Source: Alphaproteobacteria bacterium (GTDB taxonomy: Bacteria > Pseudomonadota > Alphaproteobacteria > GM7ARS4 > G965262615). From it: a stretch of 64,000 nucleotides of DNA. The stretch is taken from the NCBI GenBank assembly GCA_965262615.1, contig OZ253545.1, positions 1,344,001 through 1,408,000 of the forward strand, read 5' to 3'. The translations under genes were made by a program, and so were the position numbers. Of this stretch, positions 31,348-40,296 are shown piece by piece (position 1 is the first letter of the stretch; each line of letters starts with the position of its first letter). The notes beneath the pieces were generated by a model. That model saw only the letters and a program-made list of their open reading frames with translations, had not been told where the DNA came from and did not search any database.

Positions 31348-32823
31348 CTATTTCTCGGCTGGCGGCAGAATGGCGTAATAAATCACATGAGGATATTCGT
31401 CAATCTTCATGCTTTGCTCTTTGAGATTAAATTGCGCTATTTTCTGACGCACTCGCCCCTTGAGCCAATCGCCGCCATCATCAAAAATGAATAATGCACC
31501 CTCTTTTTGCAACAGTTCATCATCTGTTGCCTTGTTGTGTTGATGGCTGAGCCTCGCCTCATTCCCCACATAGAGAGCCACCACCCCTGCCAAGTTCCCA
31601 ACATTGCCAAAAATATGATGGAGGGGCTGATTGGATGTTTGTTGTCTCCAGTTTTCCATAATTTTTTCGGCAATCACCTGCGGATTATTCAAGCGAGGAT
31701 AAAAGCCAGTCTTGAATGGGTATTGATAGAAGGGCTCTAATAAGAGAGCCACAGCCAATACTAAAATCACATGAGCACTGTATTTGCGCCACCCCGTTCG
31801 CACCAGTGCCACCAATAAGAGACTCCACAGAGGATACATGGAAGATGTCCAATAAAATTTCAGTTCAGTATTCATCGCGACTCCAGCTAAAAATAAAATG
31901 ACAAATGGCATCAGTGCAAAGAGACACAAAAAATTTGTCTCTCGTTTTGTCATATTGTGAAAAGGATAGGTGAGACGCGTCCTCAATGAAATCAACCCCG
32001 CGAGCAACACAGCAATTAGCATGAGTTTCGGCGTGATAATCACTCTCCACCAAAAATTTTCGGTATCATATGAAGTCCCATACCCCTCAATCACATGACG
32101 GTATTGCCATGCTTGTTCTAAAGGAACTGCCGCGACACACAAACATATCAATAGTGCGCCATAAGGATAGGGCGTGGTGAGATGAGCTCGCGCCTCTTTG
32201 TCCATGAGAATCCACAGTGCCACAGTCACCAGCAGTATAAAAATGTGATACTTCATCCAGATTGGAATTCCCATGACGAAGCCTAACAATAACCACCAGT
32301 GGTGCTGTTGTGCCTTTTGTGTGAGGGGACGGGTGGCATAGAAGGTGAGCAATGGAATCAACGCCCAAAACGGATACATCATTATATCCTGATTGGCCCC
32401 CACCCGAGTATATCCCTGATACACATGCAGCCCCACCAACAATAAAGTGGCAGCAAGAGCTTGTTCTTTGTTTTTGAACAAAACGACCCCCAAGCGATAG
32501 ACGACACCATAGGTCGCAATGACAAAAAATTGTGCCGCGACATAATGAGGCAACGGCAACAACCCCTCACCCATGTTGAGCCAATGATGAACAATATAGA
32601 CAAGTGGCGGATGTCTTGGCTCGTAAGCTTCCTCGCCATAGAGTCCCACAAGTGAATTAAAAAGTATATCATGGTGAGGGGCTGCATTAAAAAAGGTCGC
32701 CATGACTCCCCATCCCAGCACCTGCAGTCCCATAATCAACGCCAAGCCGCGTGACGGTTTTTCCACAAAAAAATCCAACAAAAGATACACGCGTTTGAGC
32801 AATCGTTGTAATGGGCGTTTCAT
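31348..32823 (-). CDS. GT-C-like glycosyltransferase, array gene 12 (subtype B2)
   Basis: Paralog; start at MKRPLQ. Confidence 0.8.
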   Translation of the reverse strand: MKRPLQRLLKRVYLLLDFFVEKPSRGLALIMGLQVLGWGVMATFFNAAPHHDILFNSLVGLYGEEAYEPRHPPLVYIVHHWLNMGEGLLPLPHYVAAQFFVIATYGVVYRLGVVLFKNKEQALAATLLLVGLHVYQGYTRVGANQDIMMYPFWALIPLLTFYATRPLTQKAQQHHWWLLLGFVMGIPIWMKYHIFILLVTVALWILMDKEARAHLTTPYPYGALLICLCVAAVPLEQAWQYRHVIEGYGTSYDTENFWWRVIITPKLMLIAVLLAGLISLRTRLTYPFHNMTKRETNFLCLFALMPFVILFLAGVAMNTELKFYWTSSMYPLWSLLLVALVRTGWRKYSAHVILVLAVALLLEPFYQYPFKTGFYPRLNNPQVIAEKIMENWRQQTSNQPLHHIFGNVGNLAGVVALYVGNEARLSHQHNKATDDELLQKEGALFIFDDGGDWLKGRVRQKIAQFNLKEQSMKIDEYPHVIYYAILPPAEK

Positions 32824-32824
32824 G

Positions 32825-34303
32825 TCATGGCTCGGCGGGCGGCAGAATGGCATAATAAATCACATGAGGATATTCATCAATCTTCATGCTTTGTTCTTTG
32901 AGATTAAAGCGCGCTATTTTCTGACGCACTTCATCACTGAACCAATGTTTTCCATCAAAAACAAAGAGCACTCCTTGTTTTTGCAACAGTTCATCATCGG
33001 CTGCCTTGTTGTATTGATGAATGAGCCGCGCCTCATTGCCCGCATAGAGAGCCACCACCCCTGCCAATTGCCCAATATTGCCAAAAACATGATAGAGGGG
33101 CTGATTGGATGTTTGTTGTCTCCAGCGGTCTATAATTTTACCGACAATCACCTGCGAATTATTGAAGCGAGGATAAAACCCCCTCTCGAATGGGTATTGA
33201 TAGACGGGCTTTAATAAGAGAGCCACAGCCAATACTAAAATCACATGAGCACTGTATTTGCGCCACCCCGCTCGCACCAATGCCACCAACACAATCCCCC
33301 ACAAAGGATACATGGGTGATAACCAATGAAAAATCATATTAACAGGGATTATGAGGGTGATGAGAAAAAGGATGATGAACGGCATCAATGCAAAGAGACA
33401 CAAAAAGTGTGTGTCTCGTTTCGTCATGTGATGGAATGGATAGGTGAGACGAGTTCGCCATGAAACCAAGCCCGCCAGCAGTACCGCCAGCAGCATGAGT
33501 TTTGGTTTGTTGATGACATTACTCCACACATTTTCGTCTCTATCCCACCACCGCAGATGGTTCTCAATGGCATGACTGTTTTGCCAAGCTTGTTCTAAAG
33601 GAATTGCCGCGACACACAGAAATATCAACAATGCCCCATAGGGATAGGGTGTGGCAAGATGAGCGCGCGCCTCTTTGTCAATGAGAACCCACAGCCCCAC
33701 GGTTGCCAGCAGCAGAGCGATGGAATATTTCGCCCACAGAGACACCCCCATGACAAACCCCAACAGCAACCACCAGCGATGTTGATGTGCCTTTTGTGTG
33801 AGAGGACGAGTGGCATAAAAGGTGAGCAAAGGAATTAACGCCCAGAACGGATATTGAATCGTATTGTGATTCAATCCAACCAAAGAATATCTGTTATACG
33901 GATCCAACCCCGTGAGCAACAAGGTGGCGACAAGGGCTTGCACTTTGTCTTTGAGAAGCACAACGCCCATGGCGTAGACCGCGCCATAGGTGGCAATCAC
34001 AAATAATTGCGTGATGATATAATGGGCAGGAAATGGCGGCATATCGCCACTGCCCAACAGGTAGTAAACCATATTGACAAGAGGCGGATTGCGCAGTTCA
34101 GCTGCTCCAAATCCAAATTCCCTCACAAAATAAGAGAGTACAACCATGTCAAAGGGAGGAATGGGATTGACAAAAATTCCCATCATCCCCCACCCAAGCA
34201 CCTGCAATCCCATCAGCAACACCAAACCGCGTGACGGCTTTTGCACAAAAAAATCCAACAAAAGATACACGCGTGTGAGCAATTGTTGTAATGGGCGTTT
34301 CAT
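32825..34303 (-). CDS. GT-C-like glycosyltransferase, array gene 13 (subtype B1)
   Basis: Paralog with the same motifs. Confidence 0.8.
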   Translation of the reverse strand: MKRPLQQLLTRVYLLLDFFVQKPSRGLVLLMGLQVLGWGMMGIFVNPIPPFDMVVLSYFVREFGFGAAELRNPPLVNMVYYLLGSGDMPPFPAHYIITQLFVIATYGAVYAMGVVLLKDKVQALVATLLLTGLDPYNRYSLVGLNHNTIQYPFWALIPLLTFYATRPLTQKAHQHRWWLLLGFVMGVSLWAKYSIALLLATVGLWVLIDKEARAHLATPYPYGALLIFLCVAAIPLEQAWQNSHAIENHLRWWDRDENVWSNVINKPKLMLLAVLLAGLVSWRTRLTYPFHHMTKRDTHFLCLFALMPFIILFLITLIIPVNMIFHWLSPMYPLWGIVLVALVRAGWRKYSAHVILVLAVALLLKPVYQYPFERGFYPRFNNSQVIVGKIIDRWRQQTSNQPLYHVFGNIGQLAGVVALYAGNEARLIHQYNKAADDELLQKQGVLFVFDGKHWFSDEVRQKIARFNLKEQSMKIDEYPHVIYYAILPPAEP

Positions 34304-34304
34304 G

Positions 34305-35804
34305 TCATGGCTCGGCGGGTGGCAGAATGGCGTAATGAATCACATGAGGATATTCATCAATCTTCATGCTCTGCTCTGGCACTTGCAAATTTTTTATGAC
34401 TTGGCGAAATTGATGACTGTTCATCTCGCCCTCTCGAAAAACAACAAGAGCTCCTCTGTGCCGTTCATTCTCTGCGAGATGCCCGATGGGATAACCGCCA
34501 CCACCATAAAGGGACACCACGCCTCCAAGAATTCCACTCACCCCATACACGACACCAAGGGGCGCATTGTCTGTCTGCCGATTCCATTCACGCATGACTT
34601 TTTCGGCAATCACCCAGTGATTGTCCGTTCTGGGATAAAATCCATGTGCCAACGGATAGTAATACACCGGCTTGAGCAACAACACAACAGCAGCCAATAG
34701 TATCAGATGAGGGCTATAGGCGCGCCATGTGGAACGCATGATTGCCACCAACACAATTCCCCACAAAGCATACATGGGCAGTGTCCAAGAAAAAAGTGGA
34801 AGCACCTGCCGATACACCGACCCCACGACCAAAACTGCAAAAGGCACAAAGGTCACAAACAGGAGAAAGAAACTCGCCCGCCGTGTCATGCGCGTAAAGG
34901 GATACATCAGGCGCGTGTTCATTGATATGCCTCGTGCCACAATCGCCACACCCACCATAGAAGCCAAAATCACCACAATATCAATGGGGTCGTCAAAAGA
35001 CACCACATCAGATGCTCTGTCTAAAACATAATTAGCCGTCCACGCCCAATGATAAAACCCATAATAAATGGGCATTGCCCCAATCAACAGACACAAAATC
35101 ATGGCAAGGTAGGGGTGGGCGGTTTTATAGTGCCCACGCGCGTCGCGATCAATCAGAGTCCATGCCAACAGTGTGCCATACAGGAGCCCAATGGAGATTA
35201 TCGTCCAACATCCCATTCCCAACAACACCCCCAACACCAGCCAAAACCAATGCTGATGAGCTTTTTCACGCAAAGGAAGGGTGGCGTAAAAGGTGACGAG
35301 AGGAATGAAAATCCAAAAAGGATACTGCAACACATTGTGATTGAGCCCTTGCAAATAGCCGTGAGTGAATTCAATAATGGGTGCGCCTTGATACACCCCC
35401 AATGGAATGAGCAACAAAACAGAAACCAAAGCCTGCACTTTGTCTTTGAACAAAGCCAAACCCATGTAATAAACACCAATATATGTGGCAATGACAAAAA
35501 TCTGCGCGGCGATGTTATGAGAATAAACCAACAGTGTTTCGCCGAAATTCAGCCAATGAGCGAGCCAGTAAGCCAAAGGCGAATTACGATACCCATCGCC
35601 CCAAAAATCAGTATCAGGATTGCTTCCAATAAAGGTATGGAGCAAGATATCAAAATACGGGATGGGCATGAAGAATGTGACGAGAATGCCCCATCCCACC
35701 ATTTGCAAAACACAAATGAGCACCAGTCCGTGCACCGGCTTTTGCACAAAAAAATCCAGCCAAAGATACACGCGTGTGAGCAATTGTTGTAATGGGCGTT
35801 TCAT
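34305..35804 (-). CDS. GT-C-like glycosyltransferase, array gene 14 (subtype A)
   Basis: Paralog; NSP replaces HPP and the conserved Lys is Ile (GCWTIIS). Confidence 0.78.
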   Translation of the reverse strand: MKRPLQQLLTRVYLWLDFFVQKPVHGLVLICVLQMVGWGILVTFFMPIPYFDILLHTFIGSNPDTDFWGDGYRNSPLAYWLAHWLNFGETLLVYSHNIAAQIFVIATYIGVYYMGLALFKDKVQALVSVLLLIPLGVYQGAPIIEFTHGYLQGLNHNVLQYPFWIFIPLVTFYATLPLREKAHQHWFWLVLGVLLGMGCWTIISIGLLYGTLLAWTLIDRDARGHYKTAHPYLAMILCLLIGAMPIYYGFYHWAWTANYVLDRASDVVSFDDPIDIVVILASMVGVAIVARGISMNTRLMYPFTRMTRRASFFLLFVTFVPFAVLVVGSVYRQVLPLFSWTLPMYALWGIVLVAIMRSTWRAYSPHLILLAAVVLLLKPVYYYPLAHGFYPRTDNHWVIAEKVMREWNRQTDNAPLGVVYGVSGILGGVVSLYGGGGYPIGHLAENERHRGALVVFREGEMNSHQFRQVIKNLQVPEQSMKIDEYPHVIHYAILPPAEP

Positions 35805-35805
35805 G

Positions 35806-37314
35806 TCATGGCTCGGCTGGCGGTAGAATAGCGTAATAAATCACATAAGGATATTCGTCAATCTTCATGCTTTGCTCTGGCACTTGCAGACGCTCTATGG
35901 TTTTGCGCAAATGATTTTTCGTCCAGTCATAATCATGAAAAACAAAAAGCACCCCTCCTCTATGGAGTTCATTGTCCACTTCATAATAGTGAAGCGTATA
36001 AGCCATGTTATACAAGGATACCAGCCCTCCAAGAACAACACTCCCATACACAATGCCAAGGGGAGCGTTTTGCGTCTGCTTGTTCCATTCATCCGTTATT
36101 TTCTCGGCGATCACCCAGTGATTATCCGCTCTGGGATAAAATCCGTGTGCCAACGGATAGTAATAGACAGGCTTGAGCAACAGCACAATGGCAGCCAATA
36201 AAATCAGATGGGGACTATAGTGATGCCATGTGGAACGCATGATTGCCACCAGCACAACGCCCAATAGCCCATACATGGGCAGTGTCCAAGAAAAAGGAGG
36301 AATCACCTGCAGAGACACCGACCCCACCAATATCACCGCAAAAGGCATAAAGGTTAGAACCAAGAGAAAATGGCTCGCGCGCCGTGTCAGACGCGCAAAG
36401 GGATAGCAAAGACTTGTTCGCAGCGATATGCCTCTTGCCACAATCGCCACACCCACCATAGAAGCCAAAATCACCACAATATCAATGGGGTGGTCAAAAT
36501 CTATCAAACGATATGCTCTGCCTAAAGCATGATTAGCATGATTGGCCACATTAGCCCAATGATAAAACCCATAATACAAGGGCATCGCGCCAATCAACAG
36601 ACACAACCCAATGGCAAGATAGGGATAGGCGGTTTTATAGTGCCCACGCGCCTCACGATCAATCAGAGTCCATGCCAACAGTGTGCTGTAGAGCAATCCG
36701 ATGGAGATTTTTGTCCAGCATCCCATTCCCAACAACACGCCCAACACCAGCCACCACAAAGATTGACGCGCCTTTTCCCTCAAAGGACGCGTGGCATAAA
36801 AGGTGACAAGAGGAATCAAAATCCAAAAAGGATACTGCAGCACATTGTGATTAAGACCCTGCAAATAACCATGAGAAAACTCGGTAATGGGCGCGCCTTG
36901 ATACACCCCCAATGGAATGAGCAACAATACACAGACAAGGGCATCGCGTTTATTTTTCAGCAATTCCAAGCCCATGTAATACACCCCAATGTATGTGGCA
37001 ATGACAAACAATTGAGCGGCGATGTGATGTGGATACACCAACAACGGCTCGCCAAAATTCAGCCAATGAGTGAGCCAGTAAGCCAAAGGCGGATGATGAT
37101 ACCCATCGCCCCAAAAATCAGCATCAGGGTTTCTTCCAACAAAGGTATGGAGCAAGATATCATAATACGGGATGGGCATGAAGAATGTGACCAAAATCCC
37201 CCACCCCACCATTTGCAAGCCACAAATGAGCAAAAGCCCCCGCACCGGCTTTTCCACAAAAAAATCCAGCAAAAGATACACGCGTTTGAGCAATTGTTGT
37301 AATGGGCGTTTCAT
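35806..37314 (-). CDS. GT-C-like glycosyltransferase, array gene 15 (subtype A)
   Basis: Paralog with the same motifs. Confidence 0.8.
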   Translation of the reverse strand: MKRPLQQLLKRVYLLLDFFVEKPVRGLLLICGLQMVGWGILVTFFMPIPYYDILLHTFVGRNPDADFWGDGYHHPPLAYWLTHWLNFGEPLLVYPHHIAAQLFVIATYIGVYYMGLELLKNKRDALVCVLLLIPLGVYQGAPITEFSHGYLQGLNHNVLQYPFWILIPLVTFYATRPLREKARQSLWWLVLGVLLGMGCWTKISIGLLYSTLLAWTLIDREARGHYKTAYPYLAIGLCLLIGAMPLYYGFYHWANVANHANHALGRAYRLIDFDHPIDIVVILASMVGVAIVARGISLRTSLCYPFARLTRRASHFLLVLTFMPFAVILVGSVSLQVIPPFSWTLPMYGLLGVVLVAIMRSTWHHYSPHLILLAAIVLLLKPVYYYPLAHGFYPRADNHWVIAEKITDEWNKQTQNAPLGIVYGSVVLGGLVSLYNMAYTLHYYEVDNELHRGGVLFVFHDYDWTKNHLRKTIERLQVPEQSMKIDEYPYVIYYAILPPAEP

Positions 37315-37315
37315 G

Positions 37316-38815
37316 TCATGGCTCGGCTGGCGGCAGAATGGCGTAATAAATCACATGAGGAAATTCATTAATGACCAATTTTTTCTCTTTGAGATTAAAG
37401 CGCGCCATTTCCTGACGCACCTCACCTTTGAACCCATCATTTCCACTATGGAAGACGAATAAAGCCCCTTCTTTTTGCAGCAGCTGACCGTCTTTGACCT
37501 CCTCTCTGTATTGACGGCTGGGATACATATCGTATTGATGAATGAGTTTCACCTCTTTTCCCCCATAGAGACCCAGCAGACCTCCCAATGAACCAATATC
37601 GCCCCAAATATAAGCCATTGGTGCATCGTTGGTTTCTTGCCTCCACCGCTCCACAATTTTTTCAGCCACCACCTGATGATTATTCAAACGAGGATAAAAA
37701 CCCTTGAATGGATGTTGATAGAAAGGCTTTAATAAGAGAGCCAGTGCCAATAGCAAAATCACATGGGCACTGTAGTGCCGCCATCCTGCCCGTAGCAGTG
37801 CCACCAATAAAATTCCCCACAGAGGATACATGGAGGATGTCCAATAAAATCTCAGGGGAATATCCATCACGACTCCTGCCACAAAAAGCACGATGAATGG
37901 CATCAATGCGAAGAAGCAAAGAAAATGAGTCTCTCGTTTTGTCATGGTGTGAAAAGGATAGACAAGACGCGTCTTCAATGAAATGAGCCCAGCAAGCAAC
38001 ACGGCAAGGAGCATGAGTTTCGGAATGATGATGACTCTCAACCAAAAATTTTCTGTGTCATGGTAACCTCCATAACCCTCAATCGCATGACTGTATTGCC
38101 ATGCTTGTTCTAAAGGAACTGCCGCCACACACAAACAGATTAACAATGCGCCATAGGGATAGGGCGTGGCAAGGTGAGCGCGCGCCTCTTTGTCCATGAG
38201 AACCCATAGTCCCATCGTCACCAACAGCACAACAATATAATACTTCGCCCAAATTGGTATTCCCATGACAAAACCCAACAATAGCCACCAGCGGTGCTGC
38301 TGTGCACCTTGATTCAAAGGACGGGTGGCATAAAAAGTGAGCAATGGAATCAATGCCCAAAACGGATACATCATCAAATCATGATTGACCCCCACCCAAG
38401 TATATTTCTGATACAGATACAATCCCACCAACAATAGGGTGGCAGCGAGGGCTTGCACTTTATTTTTCAGCAAAACAATCCCCAATTGATATACGGCAGC
38501 ATAAGTCGCAATGACAAATAATTGTGCCACGACATAATGAGGCAAAAGAAACAACGGCTCATCCATATAAAGCCAATGATTGAGCAGATACGAAAGCGGC
38601 GGATGTCTTTTCTCAGAACCATCCGCGCCATGGAGTCCGACCAGTGAATTCACAAGTATATCATGGTTCGGGATTGCATGAAAAAAAGTCCTCATCACCC
38701 CCCACCCCAGCATCTGCAATCCCATGAGCAACGCCAAGCCGCGTGACGGTTTTTGCACAAAAAAATCCAACCACCGATAGCCGCGTGCTAATAATTTTTG
38801 TAATGGGCGTTTCAT
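37316..38815 (-). CDS. GT-C-like glycosyltransferase, array gene 16 (subtype B2)
   Basis: Paralog with the same motifs. Confidence 0.8.
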   Translation of the reverse strand: MKRPLQKLLARGYRWLDFFVQKPSRGLALLMGLQMLGWGVMRTFFHAIPNHDILVNSLVGLHGADGSEKRHPPLSYLLNHWLYMDEPLFLLPHYVVAQLFVIATYAAVYQLGIVLLKNKVQALAATLLLVGLYLYQKYTWVGVNHDLMMYPFWALIPLLTFYATRPLNQGAQQHRWWLLLGFVMGIPIWAKYYIVVLLVTMGLWVLMDKEARAHLATPYPYGALLICLCVAAVPLEQAWQYSHAIEGYGGYHDTENFWLRVIIIPKLMLLAVLLAGLISLKTRLVYPFHTMTKRETHFLCFFALMPFIVLFVAGVVMDIPLRFYWTSSMYPLWGILLVALLRAGWRHYSAHVILLLALALLLKPFYQHPFKGFYPRLNNHQVVAEKIVERWRQETNDAPMAYIWGDIGSLGGLLGLYGGKEVKLIHQYDMYPSRQYREEVKDGQLLQKEGALFVFHSGNDGFKGEVRQEMARFNLKEKKLVINEFPHVIYYAILPPAEP

Positions 38816-38816
38816 G

Positions 38817-40295
38817 TCATGGCTCGGCTGGCGGCAGAATGGCGTAATAAATCACATGAGGATATTCATCAATCTTCATTTTTTGCTCTTTGAGATTAAA
38901 GCGCGCCATTTCCTGACGCACTTCATCCCTGAACCAATCGCCTTCAAAAGACACAAACAATGCACCCTCTTTTTGCAACAGTTCATCGTCTGCTGCCTCG
39001 TTGCGTTCATTGATGAGCCGCGCCTGATTGCCCGCATAGAGAGCCACCACCCCTCCCAAGAACCCAATATTGCCAAAAACATGATATATGGGTTGATTGG
39101 ATGTTTGTTGTCTCCAATTTTCCATAATTTTTTCGCTAATCACCTGAGGATTATTCAAGCGAGGATAAAAACCTCTCTTGAATGGGGATTGATAGAAGGG
39201 CTTTAATAAGAGAGCCACTGCCAATATTAAAATCACATGGGCACTGTAGTGCCGCCACCCAGCCCGCACCAGTGCCACCAACAAAATCCCCCACAAGGGA
39301 TACATGGAGTATGTCCAATAATACTTTAGCTCAATATGGATCATGAGAGTGAGTAGCCCAAGCATTATGAACGGCATCAGTGCAAAGAGGCACAAAAAGT
39401 GTGTGTCTCGTTTTGTCATGTCATGGAATGGATAGGTGAAACGAGTTCGCAATGAGACCAACCCCGCCAACAGTGCCGCAAGTAGCATGAGTTTTGGCAT
39501 CAATAACACCTTGAGCCACACATTTCTTTCTGCATTTTCCCGTTGAATATGTCCCTCAATAAAATGGCTATATTGCCATGCTTGTTCCAAAGGAATCGCC
39601 GCCACACACAGAAATATCAACAATGCCCCGTAGGGATAGGGTGTGGTGAGATGAGCGCGCGCCTCTTTGTCAATGATAACCCATATTCCCACCGTTGCCA
39701 GCAATAAAACAATGGAATACTTAGTCCAAAGAGCCAGCCCCATGACAAAGCCCAGCAACAACCACCAGCGATGCTGCTGTGCATCTTGACTCAAAGGACG
39801 CGTGGCATAAAAGGTGAGCAAAGGAATCAAAGCCCAAAATGGATATTGAATCACATTGTGATTGACTCCAATCCAAGCCTCTTTGTGATACACCCCCAAC
39901 CCCACCAACAATAAGGTGGCAACAAGGGCTTGCACCTTGTTTTTGAGAAGTGCAATGCCCATGCCGTAGACCGCGCCATAGGTGGCAATCACAAATAATT
40001 GCGTGATGATATAATGGGCAGGAAATGGCGGCATATCGCCACTGCCCAACAGGTAGAATAATATATTGACAAGAGGCGGATGGCGCAGGCTACCTGTTCC
40101 GAATCCAAATTCTCTCACTTGATAAGAGTGTCCGATCATGTCATAGGGAGGGATTGGAAAAACAAAAATTGCCATGACTCCCCACCCCAGCACTTGCAAT
40201 CCCATCAGCAATGCCAAGCCACGCATTGGCTTTTCCACAAAAAAATCCAGCCACCGATAGACGCGTACTAATAATTTTTGTAATGGGCGTTTCAT
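38817..40295 (-). CDS. GT-C-like glycosyltransferase, array gene 17 (subtype B1)
   Basis: Paralog with the same motifs. Confidence 0.8.
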   Translation of the reverse strand: MKRPLQKLLVRVYRWLDFFVEKPMRGLALLMGLQVLGWGVMAIFVFPIPPYDMIGHSYQVREFGFGTGSLRHPPLVNILFYLLGSGDMPPFPAHYIITQLFVIATYGAVYGMGIALLKNKVQALVATLLLVGLGVYHKEAWIGVNHNVIQYPFWALIPLLTFYATRPLSQDAQQHRWWLLLGFVMGLALWTKYSIVLLLATVGIWVIIDKEARAHLTTPYPYGALLIFLCVAAIPLEQAWQYSHFIEGHIQRENAERNVWLKVLLMPKLMLLAALLAGLVSLRTRFTYPFHDMTKRDTHFLCLFALMPFIMLGLLTLMIHIELKYYWTYSMYPLWGILLVALVRAGWRHYSAHVILILAVALLLKPFYQSPFKRGFYPRLNNPQVISEKIMENWRQQTSNQPIYHVFGNIGFLGGVVALYAGNQARLINERNEAADDELLQKEGALFVSFEGDWFRDEVRQEMARFNLKEQKMKIDEYPHVIYYAILPPAEP

Positions 40296-40296
40296 G

